DNA from: a virus
Taxonomy: Duplodnaviria > Caudoviricetes
Length of the DNA: 62,811 bases
IMG/VR virus record: IMGVR_UViG_3300038393_002510
Coordinates: 1-62,811 of that record
Direction: 5' to 3' (one strand)
Each line of letters begins with the position of its first letter. Within the stretch, counting starts at the first letter, position 1. A model generated the notes under the pieces. The model ran no database searches. It had not been told where the DNA came from and saw only the letters and a program-made list of their open reading frames with translations. This document shows, piece by piece, positions 54,485 to 62,344 of this stretch. A program made the translations under genes and the position numbers.

Positions 54485-55399
54485 TCAGACGCCGTCCAGA
54501 TCGTCGAGCAGGCTGTCCAGCTCGTCGTCCTTGACGTCGGCACCGAACTCGCTGCCGGCGGCAGCCTTCGGGGCCGGGGTCCCCTCGACCACCTCGGCAT
54601 CCTCCACGACCGCGGCCGGACGGGCAGCGGGGCGGGCAGCCTTCGGGGCCGGGGTCGGGGCCGGCTCGGGCTCCTCCTCGGCGACCGTCGAGGTCAGCAG
54701 ACCAGCGGCGCGCGCGGGCGGGGCGATGGCGAGCGTAATGCCGGTCGCCTGACCGATCGCGTTGAGCGCCTTGTTCTCCTCGCCGCGGAAGTATTCCTTC
54801 TCGACGGCCTCCAGGAGGTTGATCTCCTTGGCCTTCGCGATCTGGTCCTTCGTGAGCGGGGTGGACTTGAGCGCCGGGATCGGCTCGTAACGGGTGTCGA
54901 GGCCCTTGCCGGACCGGGTGATGACGAAGTCGATGCCCTCGGTCGGGGACAGCGGGTCGACCTCGGTGCCGTATTCCTCGATCATCGACACGATGGTGCC
55001 GAAGGTCGAGGGCGTCAGCTCGAGGATCTGCGGATCCGGGGACGCATCGGCGCCGTCACGGATGATCGCCTTCACCAGGACCGACTTCTTGGTCTTCCAC
55101 TCCTTGACGAGGTTCACGGTCTCGTCGTCGGTCGCGGCCTTCATCGCCTTCTCGATCGCGGCGCAGATCGGGCAGGGCTCGTCCTTCACGAGGTCGTGGC
55201 AGCCCACGACCGCGACGGGCTTGCCGCCGATCTCGGTCTTGATCCAGTGAACGCCGAGGTCCTGCCAGAACTTCTCCTCGGTGGCGATGATGCGGATGCG
55301 GGTCTTGCCCTCCTTCAGCTTCACGAACTTGGAGTTCGAGCGGCTGTAGCGGTTCTTGGCGCCCTTCACGAGAGCCATCATTGCGGGGCTGAGTGCCAT
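54485..55399 (-). CDS. gp32-like single-stranded DNA-binding protein
   Basis: H..., C.......CPIC zinc site, G.DF.I.RSG.G..TRY, acidic tail DDELDSLLDDL. Confidence 0.8.
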   Translation of the reverse strand: MALSPAMMALVKGAKNRYSRSNSKFVKLKEGKTRIRIIATEEKFWQDLGVHWIKTEIGGKPVAVVGCHDLVKDEPCPICAAIEKAMKAATDDETVNLVKEWKTKKSVLVKAIIRDGADASPDPQILELTPSTFGTIVSMIEEYGTEVDPLSPTEGIDFVITRSGKGLDTRYEPIPALKSTPLTKDQIAKAKEINLLEAVEKEYFRGEENKALNAIGQATGITLAIAPPARAAGLLTSTVAEEEPEPAPTPAPKAARPAARPAAVVEDAEVVEGTPAPKAAAGSEFGADVKDDELDSLLDDLDGV

Positions 55400-55669
55400 T
55401 TGTGCTTCTGCTTTCGGTTTGGCGATTTGCGCTGAGCGCTGCTGCCGGTGCTTGGTTGCTTGCTAAGACTTTCGTCTTTTGCTGCTCTATTATAGCGCAC
55501 ACTCGTCGGAGTTTGCGCTAATCCTCGCAGTCCCGGATGGGAACTGCGCGAATGGGGAGCCCCTAGAAGGGGCGGTGCCGGCGCACCGGGACGGGTGGGC
55601 GCGGCTTGCGGATCTGGGCGCGGGTCCAGAACACGGCGCCGAGGACCAGGAGGGCGATGCCGACGACCA

Positions 55670-56257
55670 TCATTCGGCCTCTGCCATCGACCGGGCTGCA
55701 CGGGCGCCCACGCGCTCGGCGGCCGACTTCTGATTGTCCTGGAGCTCGCGCTTCACCGACAGGGACAGCTCGCCCTTCCGCTCCTCGCGGGAGATGGCGC
55801 CGGCCTGCACCAGCATGTCGCGCCGGTGCTTGAAGGCCTCGAGGGTCGTGTTGGCGACCTTCTCGACCTGCTTGGCCTCGTTGAGGGCGCGCTTGTAGGC
55901 GACCACCTGCGGGTGCCGGGCGATCTTCCGCTCGACGATGCCTTCCGTGATCTTCTCGTTGAGGATCGCCATCGCCTCGCGGATCTCGCGATCGACGCGG
56001 GCCTCGGTGTTCTCGATGAGGATCTTGATGTTGTCGACCTGGCGCGAGGCCTTGGCCGCCAGCACGCCGAAGTGGGCGAACAGCGACGCCTGCTCGGCCA
56101 TCGCGGTCGAGAGGTCGTTCAGCGAGTAGGAGAGCTTGGTCTTGAGGTCCTCCTCCTTGAGGTAGTCGACCACGCGGACCTGGCGGACCTGCACCGGCTT
56201 CGGAGCGGGCAGGGCGGGCGCGGGCGGCGCCTCCTGGGTCTGGGCTTCGTCGCTCAT
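55670..56257 (-). CDS. UvsY-like helical recombination mediator
   Basis: All-helical; EQASLFAHFG...EAFKHRRDML; sits next to the SSB gene. Confidence 0.6.
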   Translation of the reverse strand: MSDEAQTQEAPPAPALPAPKPVQVRQVRVVDYLKEEDLKTKLSYSLNDLSTAMAEQASLFAHFGVLAAKASRQVDNIKILIENTEARVDREIREAMAILNEKITEGIVERKIARHPQVVAYKRALNEAKQVEKVANTTLEAFKHRRDMLVQAGAISREERKGELSLSVKRELQDNQKSAAERVGARAARSMAEAE

Positions 56258-56262
56258 GGCGC

Positions 56263-56541
56263 TCAGACCCGCGGCGGCCATGACCAGGTGCCCGGCTGAT
56301 CCGGGCCACCCTCACGCACGCTCATCTCCGGCACGAATGCCCGTCCGGGCGCGAAGACGTGGAGCGAGAGCAGATCGGAGCCGTCGCTGCCCTCGAACAC
56401 GCCCGAGACCAGGGCCGCGAACGGCTGCGGGATCTTCGCGGCCTCGCTGGGCAGCGGGTGGTAGTGGACGATGCGACCGATGCCGGGGCGCACCTTCAGG
56501 GGCGGCGCGAGGCGGCCCTCGATAGAGGTGGGTGGGTTCAC
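56263..56541 (-). CDS. hypothetical phage protein
   Basis: PGIGRIVHY...AALV...LHVF...GTWSWPPRV; GAGG RBS. Confidence 0.75.
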   Translation of the reverse strand: MNPPTSIEGRLAPPLKVRPGIGRIVHYHPLPSEAAKIPQPFAALVSGVFEGSDGSDLLSLHVFAPGRAFVPEMSVREGGPDQPGTWSWPPRV

Positions 56542-56633
56542 TCGTGCCTCACGTAAGTAAGTGCTGACTGATCTCTTATAGCGAGCGCATGTCGGGTTTT
56601 GTGAGGGACCGGCCGGGAATTTCGCATTCCCGG

Positions 56634-56642
56634 TTATCCACA
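56634..56642 (+). promoter_or_regulatory. perfect DnaA box
   Basis: TTATCCACA. Confidence 0.5.
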
Positions 56643-56709
56643 TGCCACGCTGGACGGCTGAGCTTGACAACGGCGCGTGTTTACAATGCGGGTTGTAAGG
56701 CTATCTTAC

Positions 56710-57020
56710 GAGGTGGAGACCCGCGGTGGCCCCCGCGGATCTCCTTGGTTGGTAGCCTGGCAGCTACGTGTTACGCGAGCCCGAGCGTGATGGTCACAGA
56801 CCACTCACCGCTCGGGTTTCTCGTAACGGTGATCCTCACGAGGGGGATCATCAGCACATTGCTCACCTCCTTCCCGTCTGCCTACTCACGCGACGGCGAT
56901 CGGCTAGGTCGCCGTAAGCCCCACGAGCCATGGGGCCGTCGTGACGGGAAGGTTGCCTCCAACGCGCTCAAGGTAGCACAAGCCCGAGCGCTGTCACCGA
57001 CAGGCCCGGGCTTGTCCCCC
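56710..57020 (+). ncRNA. candidate highly structured non-coding RNA (strand tentative)
   Basis: At least 7 stem-loops tile the interval; possible promoter TTTACA-N16-TATCTT at 56680-56707. Confidence 0.5.
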
Positions 57021-57085
57021 ACATCCACAGCTATGTGCCCTGGCGCCCGGGTTGTCCCCGATATGCACCACGACGCCGGTTGACG

Positions 57086-57433
57086 TCAGGCCGGGAGTTT
57101 CGCCCGCGGCGCCGCCTCGGCCATGGCCCAGATCTCGCGGTCCAGATGGCCGAACACCACGCGCCGGGGACGAGCACCGGCAGGCAAACGCAAGAACCCG
57201 ACGTGCCGGATCGTCACGAAGTTGAAGCCCTTCCTCCGAAACCGACGCAGGATGTCGGCGAGCTGCTCGCAGACCTGACGGCGGCGCCAATTCGATCCGA
57301 ACACCGTGTCGAAATCCTCGAAGAGGATCTTCTCCCCGACCTGGACGGCGTAGAGCATCTCCAGCAGGAGGCGACGGTCGAGACCACCCATCGTGTCAGC
57401 CTCGACGATCCCCACCGGCCGGTCATCACTCAT
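57086..57433 (-). CDS. OmpR/Trans_reg_C-like winged-helix protein
   Basis: ILRRFRRKG..FVTIRHVGF. Confidence 0.6.
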   Translation of the reverse strand: MSDDRPVGIVEADTMGGLDRRLLLEMLYAVQVGEKILFEDFDTVFGSNWRRRQVCEQLADILRRFRRKGFNFVTIRHVGFLRLPAGARPRRVVFGHLDREIWAMAEAAPRAKLPA

Positions 57434-57450
57434 CGCCACACTCCCGACAC

Positions 57451-60400
57451 TCACTCCGTCAGCGACGCCGCGACCTCGAACACCTCGTTGAGCTTCGCCT
57501 GCTTGGACGCCTCGTGGAAGATCTCGCCTGGGGCGAAGCCGATCACGAGGTTGGCGTCGAGCTCCTTGTGGTAGACCACCTCGCCCGCGACCTCGGACGC
57601 CTTGCCCTTGAAGTCGGGGATGAACTGGCGAACCGTGGTCGAGCCGAGCAGCACGATCACCGGCGGCTTGAGGATCTCGATCTCGCGCTGGAGATATGGT
57701 GCGTAGGTCGCGATCTCGGACGCCGAGACCTGCTTGCCGGCCTTGGGCCGCTTGATGAGCGCGGTCCAGTAGGCGTCGGCCCGCGAGAGGTCGTTGGCGT
57801 CGAGCGCCTCCTGGACCCACTCGCTGACGCAGTAGCTGCCGCGGTTGTCGTAGCTCATGCGCCCGGACGCATCCTCACCCTTCGAGGGCGCGTCGAGGAT
57901 CACCATGAAGCGCATGTTCTTGCCGGTGGTCATCTTCACCGGCATGCCGTCCTCGGCGCAGCCGTCCGAGTAGTCGGCGAACACCTCCAGGATCTTGATC
58001 CGGCTGTCCCGGTCCTTGTGCATCTCCCGGTTGATCGGAACGTGCGCCGTGATGAGGCCCGGGATCAGCTCGCGCTGGTCCTTGATCCGGTCGGGGTGCC
58101 GGCGATGGAGCTGACCCGGCTCGATGTCGGCGAAGGCACCGACCAGGTCGAGGAGCCCGACGTGCTTGACGTTGCAGCGGCGCCGCTCGACCCGCTCGGA
58201 CAGGTTGGCCTTGGACGTGAACGGCCCCTGCCCGTCGTTCCGCGCCTTCAGGATCGCCTCCGTGGTCAGCGCCGAGATACCCTTGATCCGGTTGAAGGGC
58301 ATGCAGAGGCGCGTGTCGGTCACGATCTCGAACTGGCCCGTGGAGTGGTTGATGTCGGGCAGATCAACCTCGATGCCGAGCCGCTCGGCGTCCTTCATCA
58401 GGCCCGGCAGCTTGTCCTGGGGCATCAGCGACAGGGCGGCTGCGAAGAACTCCACCGGGTAATGGGTCTTGAGATACATCGCCTGATAAGAAATCAAGGT
58501 GTATTCTACGGAGTGACTCTTGTTGAACCCGTATCCAGCGAAGCCTTCGATCTTGTCGAACAACTGTCCGGCCCATTCCGGCGTGCATTCGACTGTCTTG
58601 ATGCAGCCGTTTACGAACTTGCCGCGCTCCTTTGCCATTTCCTCGGGGAGCTTCTTGCCCATGATCTTGCGGAGCTTGTCGGCGTCCGCGCCCGAGTAGC
58701 CGGCGATAACCTGGGAGGCCTTCATGACCTGCTCCTGGTAGACGAACACGCCGTAGGTGGGCGCCAGGACCGGCTCCAGGAGCGGGTGGTCGTAGTCCAC
58801 GCTCTCGTGGCCCTGCTTCCGCTTCCAGTAGCTGTCCATCATGCCCGACTCCATCGGGCCTGGCCGGTAGAGCGCGGTCGCGGCCGTGATGTCGTCGAAG
58901 GTAATCGTGCCGTCGCGCCCGAGCTCCTTAAGAAGTCGGCGCATACCGCCGCCCTCGAACTGAAATATTCCGGTCGAGATCGCGCGGGCGAAGTTGTCGA
59001 GCACCTTCGGCTCATCGAGCGGGATCCGCAGCAGGTCGACCTTCTTGCCGCGCCGCTTGCGGATGTAGTCGAGGGTGAGCGCGATCAGGTCGAGGGTGTT
59101 GAGGCCCAGGATGTCCATCTTCACGAGGCCCTGGTCCTCGACGATGCGCTTGTCCCAGCACACCACCGGCAGATCCGGCACCGGCTCCTCGCCTTCCTTG
59201 GGCTTGGCCGGGGCCTTGCGCCGCTCGATCACCGCGCGCTCGACCAGGTCGACGCCGCCCACGACGACGCCGGCGGCGTGCTGCGAGAGGTTGCGGAGCG
59301 TGCCTTCCAGCTTCTCGGCCGTGTCCCAGATCTCCGGGTTCGCGCTCTTGAAGGCGGCGATCTCGGAGACCTCCTCGGCCGCGACCGTCAGCTTGACCGG
59401 CTGGCCGTGCTTCTTCGGCACGAACTTCGAGCAGCGGTAGAGCTCCTCGTTGAGCCCGAACACGCGCGACACGTCGCGGATCGCCGATGAGGCGCCCAGA
59501 CGCCCGTAGTTCGAGACGCCGGCCACGCGCGCCGTCCCATACTTGCGGATGAGATACTGGAACACCTCGTGCCGGCGCTCGGACATGAAGTCGAGGTCGG
59601 CGTCGGGAAGGTCGATACGCTCGGGGTTGATGAAGCGCTCGAACAGAAGACCGAAGCGGATCGGGTCGCAGTCGGTGATCCCCATCAGGTAAGCGACGAG
59701 TGAGCCACCCACGGAGCCGCGGCCCGGGCCGACCAGGATGCCCTGGCTCTTGGCCCACACGACCACGTCCTGCACGAGGAGGAAGTAGCCCGAGAAGTTG
59801 AGGTTCTTGAGCACGGACAGCTCGTAGCGCAGCCGCGGCTCGTAGACCGCCTTCAGCTCGTCCATGTCGGGCCGGTGCCCGAACACCTCCGCCGTGAAGC
59901 GCTCCTTCCAGCCGACCTTGCAGGCGGCCACCACAGCCGCGAACTCGTTGGGCGCCATGACCGGCAGCGAGGGCGCCGACTTCACCCAGGCGAACGTGAC
60001 CATGTCGACGAGGCGCGCGGTGTTCTTGAGGCCTTCCGAGAAGCGGCCCTTGGTCGGCACGCCCCGGTATTCCTCGAGCCGCTTGGCCGCGGCCTTCACG
60101 TCGCGCACCAGCTCGGGCAGGGTCTTCGGGTGCAGGTCGCGCACCGCGTTGAACCACGCCCAGGGCTCGGTGAGCTTCACGTTGCGGGTGACGGCGTTCA
60201 TGATGTCGGCCGCGTCCGCGGAGCCTTCCTCGTAGAGGGCAGGGGCCGCGACCAGCGTCGGCAGGCCGAGCTCCTCGGCGAGCGCCAGCGCCTTGACGTT
60301 CTGCGTGTCCCAGTAGGGCGTGTCGACCGGCACCAGCGTGCAGAACGTATTAGACGCGCTCAGAGCGTCGGAAATCTTGCGTAGTATCTGAGACGCTGAC

Positions 60401-60855
60401 TTGTGCGAAACGACGCTGTGCGCGTCGCTTGTCGCAATCGCGACGTCTGCCGCAGTGACGTTCGCAAGCTCTGCATAGAGATCATCGAACGCGAGCTTGG
60501 GGACGTTGTAGAAACGGTCCTCGGAGTTGGCGAGCGAGAGCAGCCGGTAGAGCGCCATGAGCCCGGTCTGCGACAGCACATACCAGGTCACGAAGAACTC
60601 CGGCGGCGCCTTCTTGCTCTCCTTGGTCTTGCGCCAGGTGACGTCGTCCACGAGCCGTAAGCGGCAGCCGATGACCGGCTTGATGCCGGCCTTCTGCGCC
60701 TTCTGGGTCAGCTCGATCAACGCGGTGCACGACATCGTGTCGGTGATGCCGACCGCCTTCGCGCCGGCCCCGGCCGCGCGGTCGACGAGCTTGTCGATGG
60801 CGAGGATCGACTCGCCGATGCTGAAGTTCGACCGTGCGGCCAGGATCGCGTGCAT
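57451..60855 (-). CDS. dnaE: DNA polymerase III alpha with C-terminal uracil-DNA-glycosylase-like domain
   Basis: PHP N-terminus, GPGRGSVGGS, PDADLD, KMDILGL, GIFQFE, GYGFNKSH; C-terminal ILDAP..GED..G, ALIKR, EIEILKPPVIVLLG. Confidence 0.95.
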   Translation of the reverse strand: MHAILAARSNFSIGESILAIDKLVDRAAGAGAKAVGITDTMSCTALIELTQKAQKAGIKPVIGCRLRLVDDVTWRKTKESKKAPPEFFVTWYVLSQTGLMALYRLLSLANSEDRFYNVPKLAFDDLYAELANVTAADVAIATSDAHSVVSHKSASQILRKISDALSASNTFCTLVPVDTPYWDTQNVKALALAEELGLPTLVAAPALYEEGSADAADIMNAVTRNVKLTEPWAWFNAVRDLHPKTLPELVRDVKAAAKRLEEYRGVPTKGRFSEGLKNTARLVDMVTFAWVKSAPSLPVMAPNEFAAVVAACKVGWKERFTAEVFGHRPDMDELKAVYEPRLRYELSVLKNLNFSGYFLLVQDVVVWAKSQGILVGPGRGSVGGSLVAYLMGITDCDPIRFGLLFERFINPERIDLPDADLDFMSERRHEVFQYLIRKYGTARVAGVSNYGRLGASSAIRDVSRVFGLNEELYRCSKFVPKKHGQPVKLTVAAEEVSEIAAFKSANPEIWDTAEKLEGTLRNLSQHAAGVVVGGVDLVERAVIERRKAPAKPKEGEEPVPDLPVVCWDKRIVEDQGLVKMDILGLNTLDLIALTLDYIRKRRGKKVDLLRIPLDEPKVLDNFARAISTGIFQFEGGGMRRLLKELGRDGTITFDDITAATALYRPGPMESGMMDSYWKRKQGHESVDYDHPLLEPVLAPTYGVFVYQEQVMKASQVIAGYSGADADKLRKIMGKKLPEEMAKERGKFVNGCIKTVECTPEWAGQLFDKIEGFAGYGFNKSHSVEYTLISYQAMYLKTHYPVEFFAAALSLMPQDKLPGLMKDAERLGIEVDLPDINHSTGQFEIVTDTRLCMPFNRIKGISALTTEAILKARNDGQGPFTSKANLSERVERRRCNVKHVGLLDLVGAFADIEPGQLHRRHPDRIKDQRELIPGLITAHVPINREMHKDRDSRIKILEVFADYSDGCAEDGMPVKMTTGKNMRFMVILDAPSKGEDASGRMSYDNRGSYCVSEWVQEALDANDLSRADAYWTALIKRPKAGKQVSASEIATYAPYLQREIEILKPPVIVLLGSTTVRQFIPDFKGKASEVAGEVVYHKELDANLVIGFAPGEIFHEASKQAKLNEVFEVAASLTE

Positions 60856-60863
60856 GTTGAGGA

Positions 60864-61169
60864 TCAGCCTTCCAGGGCGCGCCAGTTGATGATGCGGACG
60901 TTCTTGAGCTGCTTCTGCTCGGTGATGACCTGCTCGACCTTCAGCAGGGCATCGAGGGTGCGCAGGTCGGCGAGACCGTCGACCCACATGCGGTCATGGC
61001 GATCGAAGCCGTCGGCGTCCTCGTGGACGAAGGCCACGAACGTGCGCCGGGGCGGGGTTTCGATGGGCTGGCCCGGCTGCACCGGCTCCAGGGTCTCGGC
61101 TTCGGCGCGCGCCTTGGCGGCGTCGAGGCGCTGCTGACGCCGGTTCGTCTTCGGGGTCTCGTCGGTCAT
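60864..61169 (-). CDS. hypothetical protein
   Basis: GAGG RBS; start MTDETPK. Confidence 0.65.
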   Translation of the reverse strand: MTDETPKTNRRQQRLDAAKARAEAETLEPVQPGQPIETPPRRTFVAFVHEDADGFDRHDRMWVDGLADLRTLDALLKVEQVITEQKQLKNVRIINWRALEG

Positions 61170-61699
61170 AGGGTCCTCAGTGTGAGGCGGCCGTTGCTCT
61201 CGGCTGCGGCTCCAAGCGCGGTGAGCGCCTGGAACGCCTGGGTCGCGTGGGCGGCCGCCGTGCCCTCGCTCCATCCCAGCTTCCTCACGAACGCCGTCTT
61301 GAGCGTCGTCCGGTCGATGCCCGCCCGCATGTGCAGGAGCAGGTGACAGGTGACGCGCAGGAACGCCGGGCTCGTGGTGAAAGGGTTCTCGCCGCGCGCG
61401 AGCGCGGCCGTGACGGAGATGCCGGCGCGCTCGATGCGGGCCAGCAGCTCCTCGACCTTCTTCGGCAGGCCCTCGGTGAGCACGCCCGTGGCGTGAACCT
61501 CTGCCGGGGGCTTGGGCTGACGCACGACCTTGGCTCGGGGCTTGGCGACGATGCCGAGCTCCGCGCGACGCCGGGCGAGCTGCTCGGCGCCGATACGCGC
61601 GCACTCCTCGGAGAACGGGCACGAGATGCACTCGGCCGCGTCCTCTCGGTGGGAGAGAGCGTAGCCGAAACAGCCGGGGCGCAAGGCAGAAGTCAGCAC
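61166..61699 (-). CDS. Cys-motif N-terminus plus wHTH-like C-terminus protein
   Basis: PGCFG...CISC....C and WSEGTA..H...LTL. Confidence 0.75.
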   Translation of the reverse strand: MLTSALRPGCFGYALSHREDAAECISCPFSEECARIGAEQLARRRAELGIVAKPRAKVVRQPKPPAEVHATGVLTEGLPKKVEELLARIERAGISVTAALARGENPFTTSPAFLRVTCHLLLHMRAGIDRTTLKTAFVRKLGWSEGTAAAHATQAFQALTALGAAAESNGRLTLRTL

Positions 61700-61711
61700 T
61701 TACTTATTTCC

Positions 61712-62344
61712 TTAGCTGATGGCGAACCGCGCGAGGTGCTTCACCTCGCGGTAGATCTTGTTCCGCTCCACGCGGTCGGCGCCCATGAGGTCGAGGACCA
61801 GGGAGCCGGTGATGTGGCCCGGGACGCCCGCGCGGATGCCCCGCGAATTGGCGAACTCGGCCCGGGCCTGGATCGCCGTCATCTCCTCGTAGAGGGCCAG
61901 CGGCGGGTTCGCGAGCAGCTCCACGAACTGACGCGCCTGGGGTGAGAGCAGACTGAGGTTGCGCTCGAACTCCTGGGTGTCGCCGAGCAGCTCGTCCTGG
62001 AGCGGGCCGTGGTCCGGGATCGCCTCGTGCAGGTCCGAGCCCTCGTCGCCGCGCTCCTCGTCGAGATCGAGGGCCGCGGCGTGGCCGATCTGCCGGTCGA
62101 TCCAGTCGTTGATGTGGTTGCGCATGCCGAGCTGCAGGTAGGCGCCGAAGGGCACGCCCTTGCTGGCGTCGAACCGCTCCCGGGCGATCACCCAGGCGAG
62201 CGACAGCTCCGAGACCACGTCCGAGAGCATCACCGAGCGGGCGCCTGCCGCGTGCGCCCGCTTGAGGTAGCGGAACGCTGAGCGCTCCACGACGTGTCGC
62301 CAGTCCTTCCACTGGATCGGGTGGGTGTCGCGCATGGCGCTCAC
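61712..62344 (-). CDS. phage sigma70-family (sigma-like) factor
   Basis: Region 2-like DVVSEL..AW..ARERFDASKGVPFGAYL...MRNHI, then LDLDE and LSPQARQ. Confidence 0.7.
   Translation of the reverse strand: MSAMRDTHPIQWKDWRHVVERSAFRYLKRAHAAGARSVMLSDVVSELSLAWVIARERFDASKGVPFGAYLQLGMRNHINDWIDRQIGHAAALDLDEERGDEGSDLHEAIPDHGPLQDELLGDTQEFERNLSLLSPQARQFVELLANPPLALYEEMTAIQARAEFANSRGIRAGVPGHITGSLVLDLMGADRVERNKIYREVKHLARFAIS

Larger units (their letters stand above)
20617..56600 (-). promoter_or_regulatory. dispersed promoter class AAACCCG-N10-GCTATAA
   Basis: Plus-strand spans 20617-20640, 25608-25631, 30384-30403, 32769-32791, 36959-36981, 39862-39886, 45421-45445, 50450-50474, 55490-55514, 56576-56600; the spacer is always 10 bp. 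Confidence 0.8.
2603..61706. promoter_or_regulatory. dispersed palindromic operator, consensus (TA)AGTCAG(C/T)GCTGACT(TA/GA), ~22 copies
   Basis: Copies near 2603, 4220, 6239, 8199, 17835, 18816, 18904, 20601, 22251, 25590, 31513, 32795, 36987, 38805, 39837, 43588, 45401, 48322, 50427, 53050, 56555, 61690; almost all at gene starts. Confidence 0.85.

Noticed and set aside
56710-57020. tRNA or tmRNA
   Set aside because: No T-loop GTTCRA, D-loop or CCA acceptor arrangement recognised
57451-60855. Intein in dnaE, nrdJ or the helicase
   Set aside because: Motifs are contiguous with no C...HN insertion; only recoded patches are seen at the usual insertion sites
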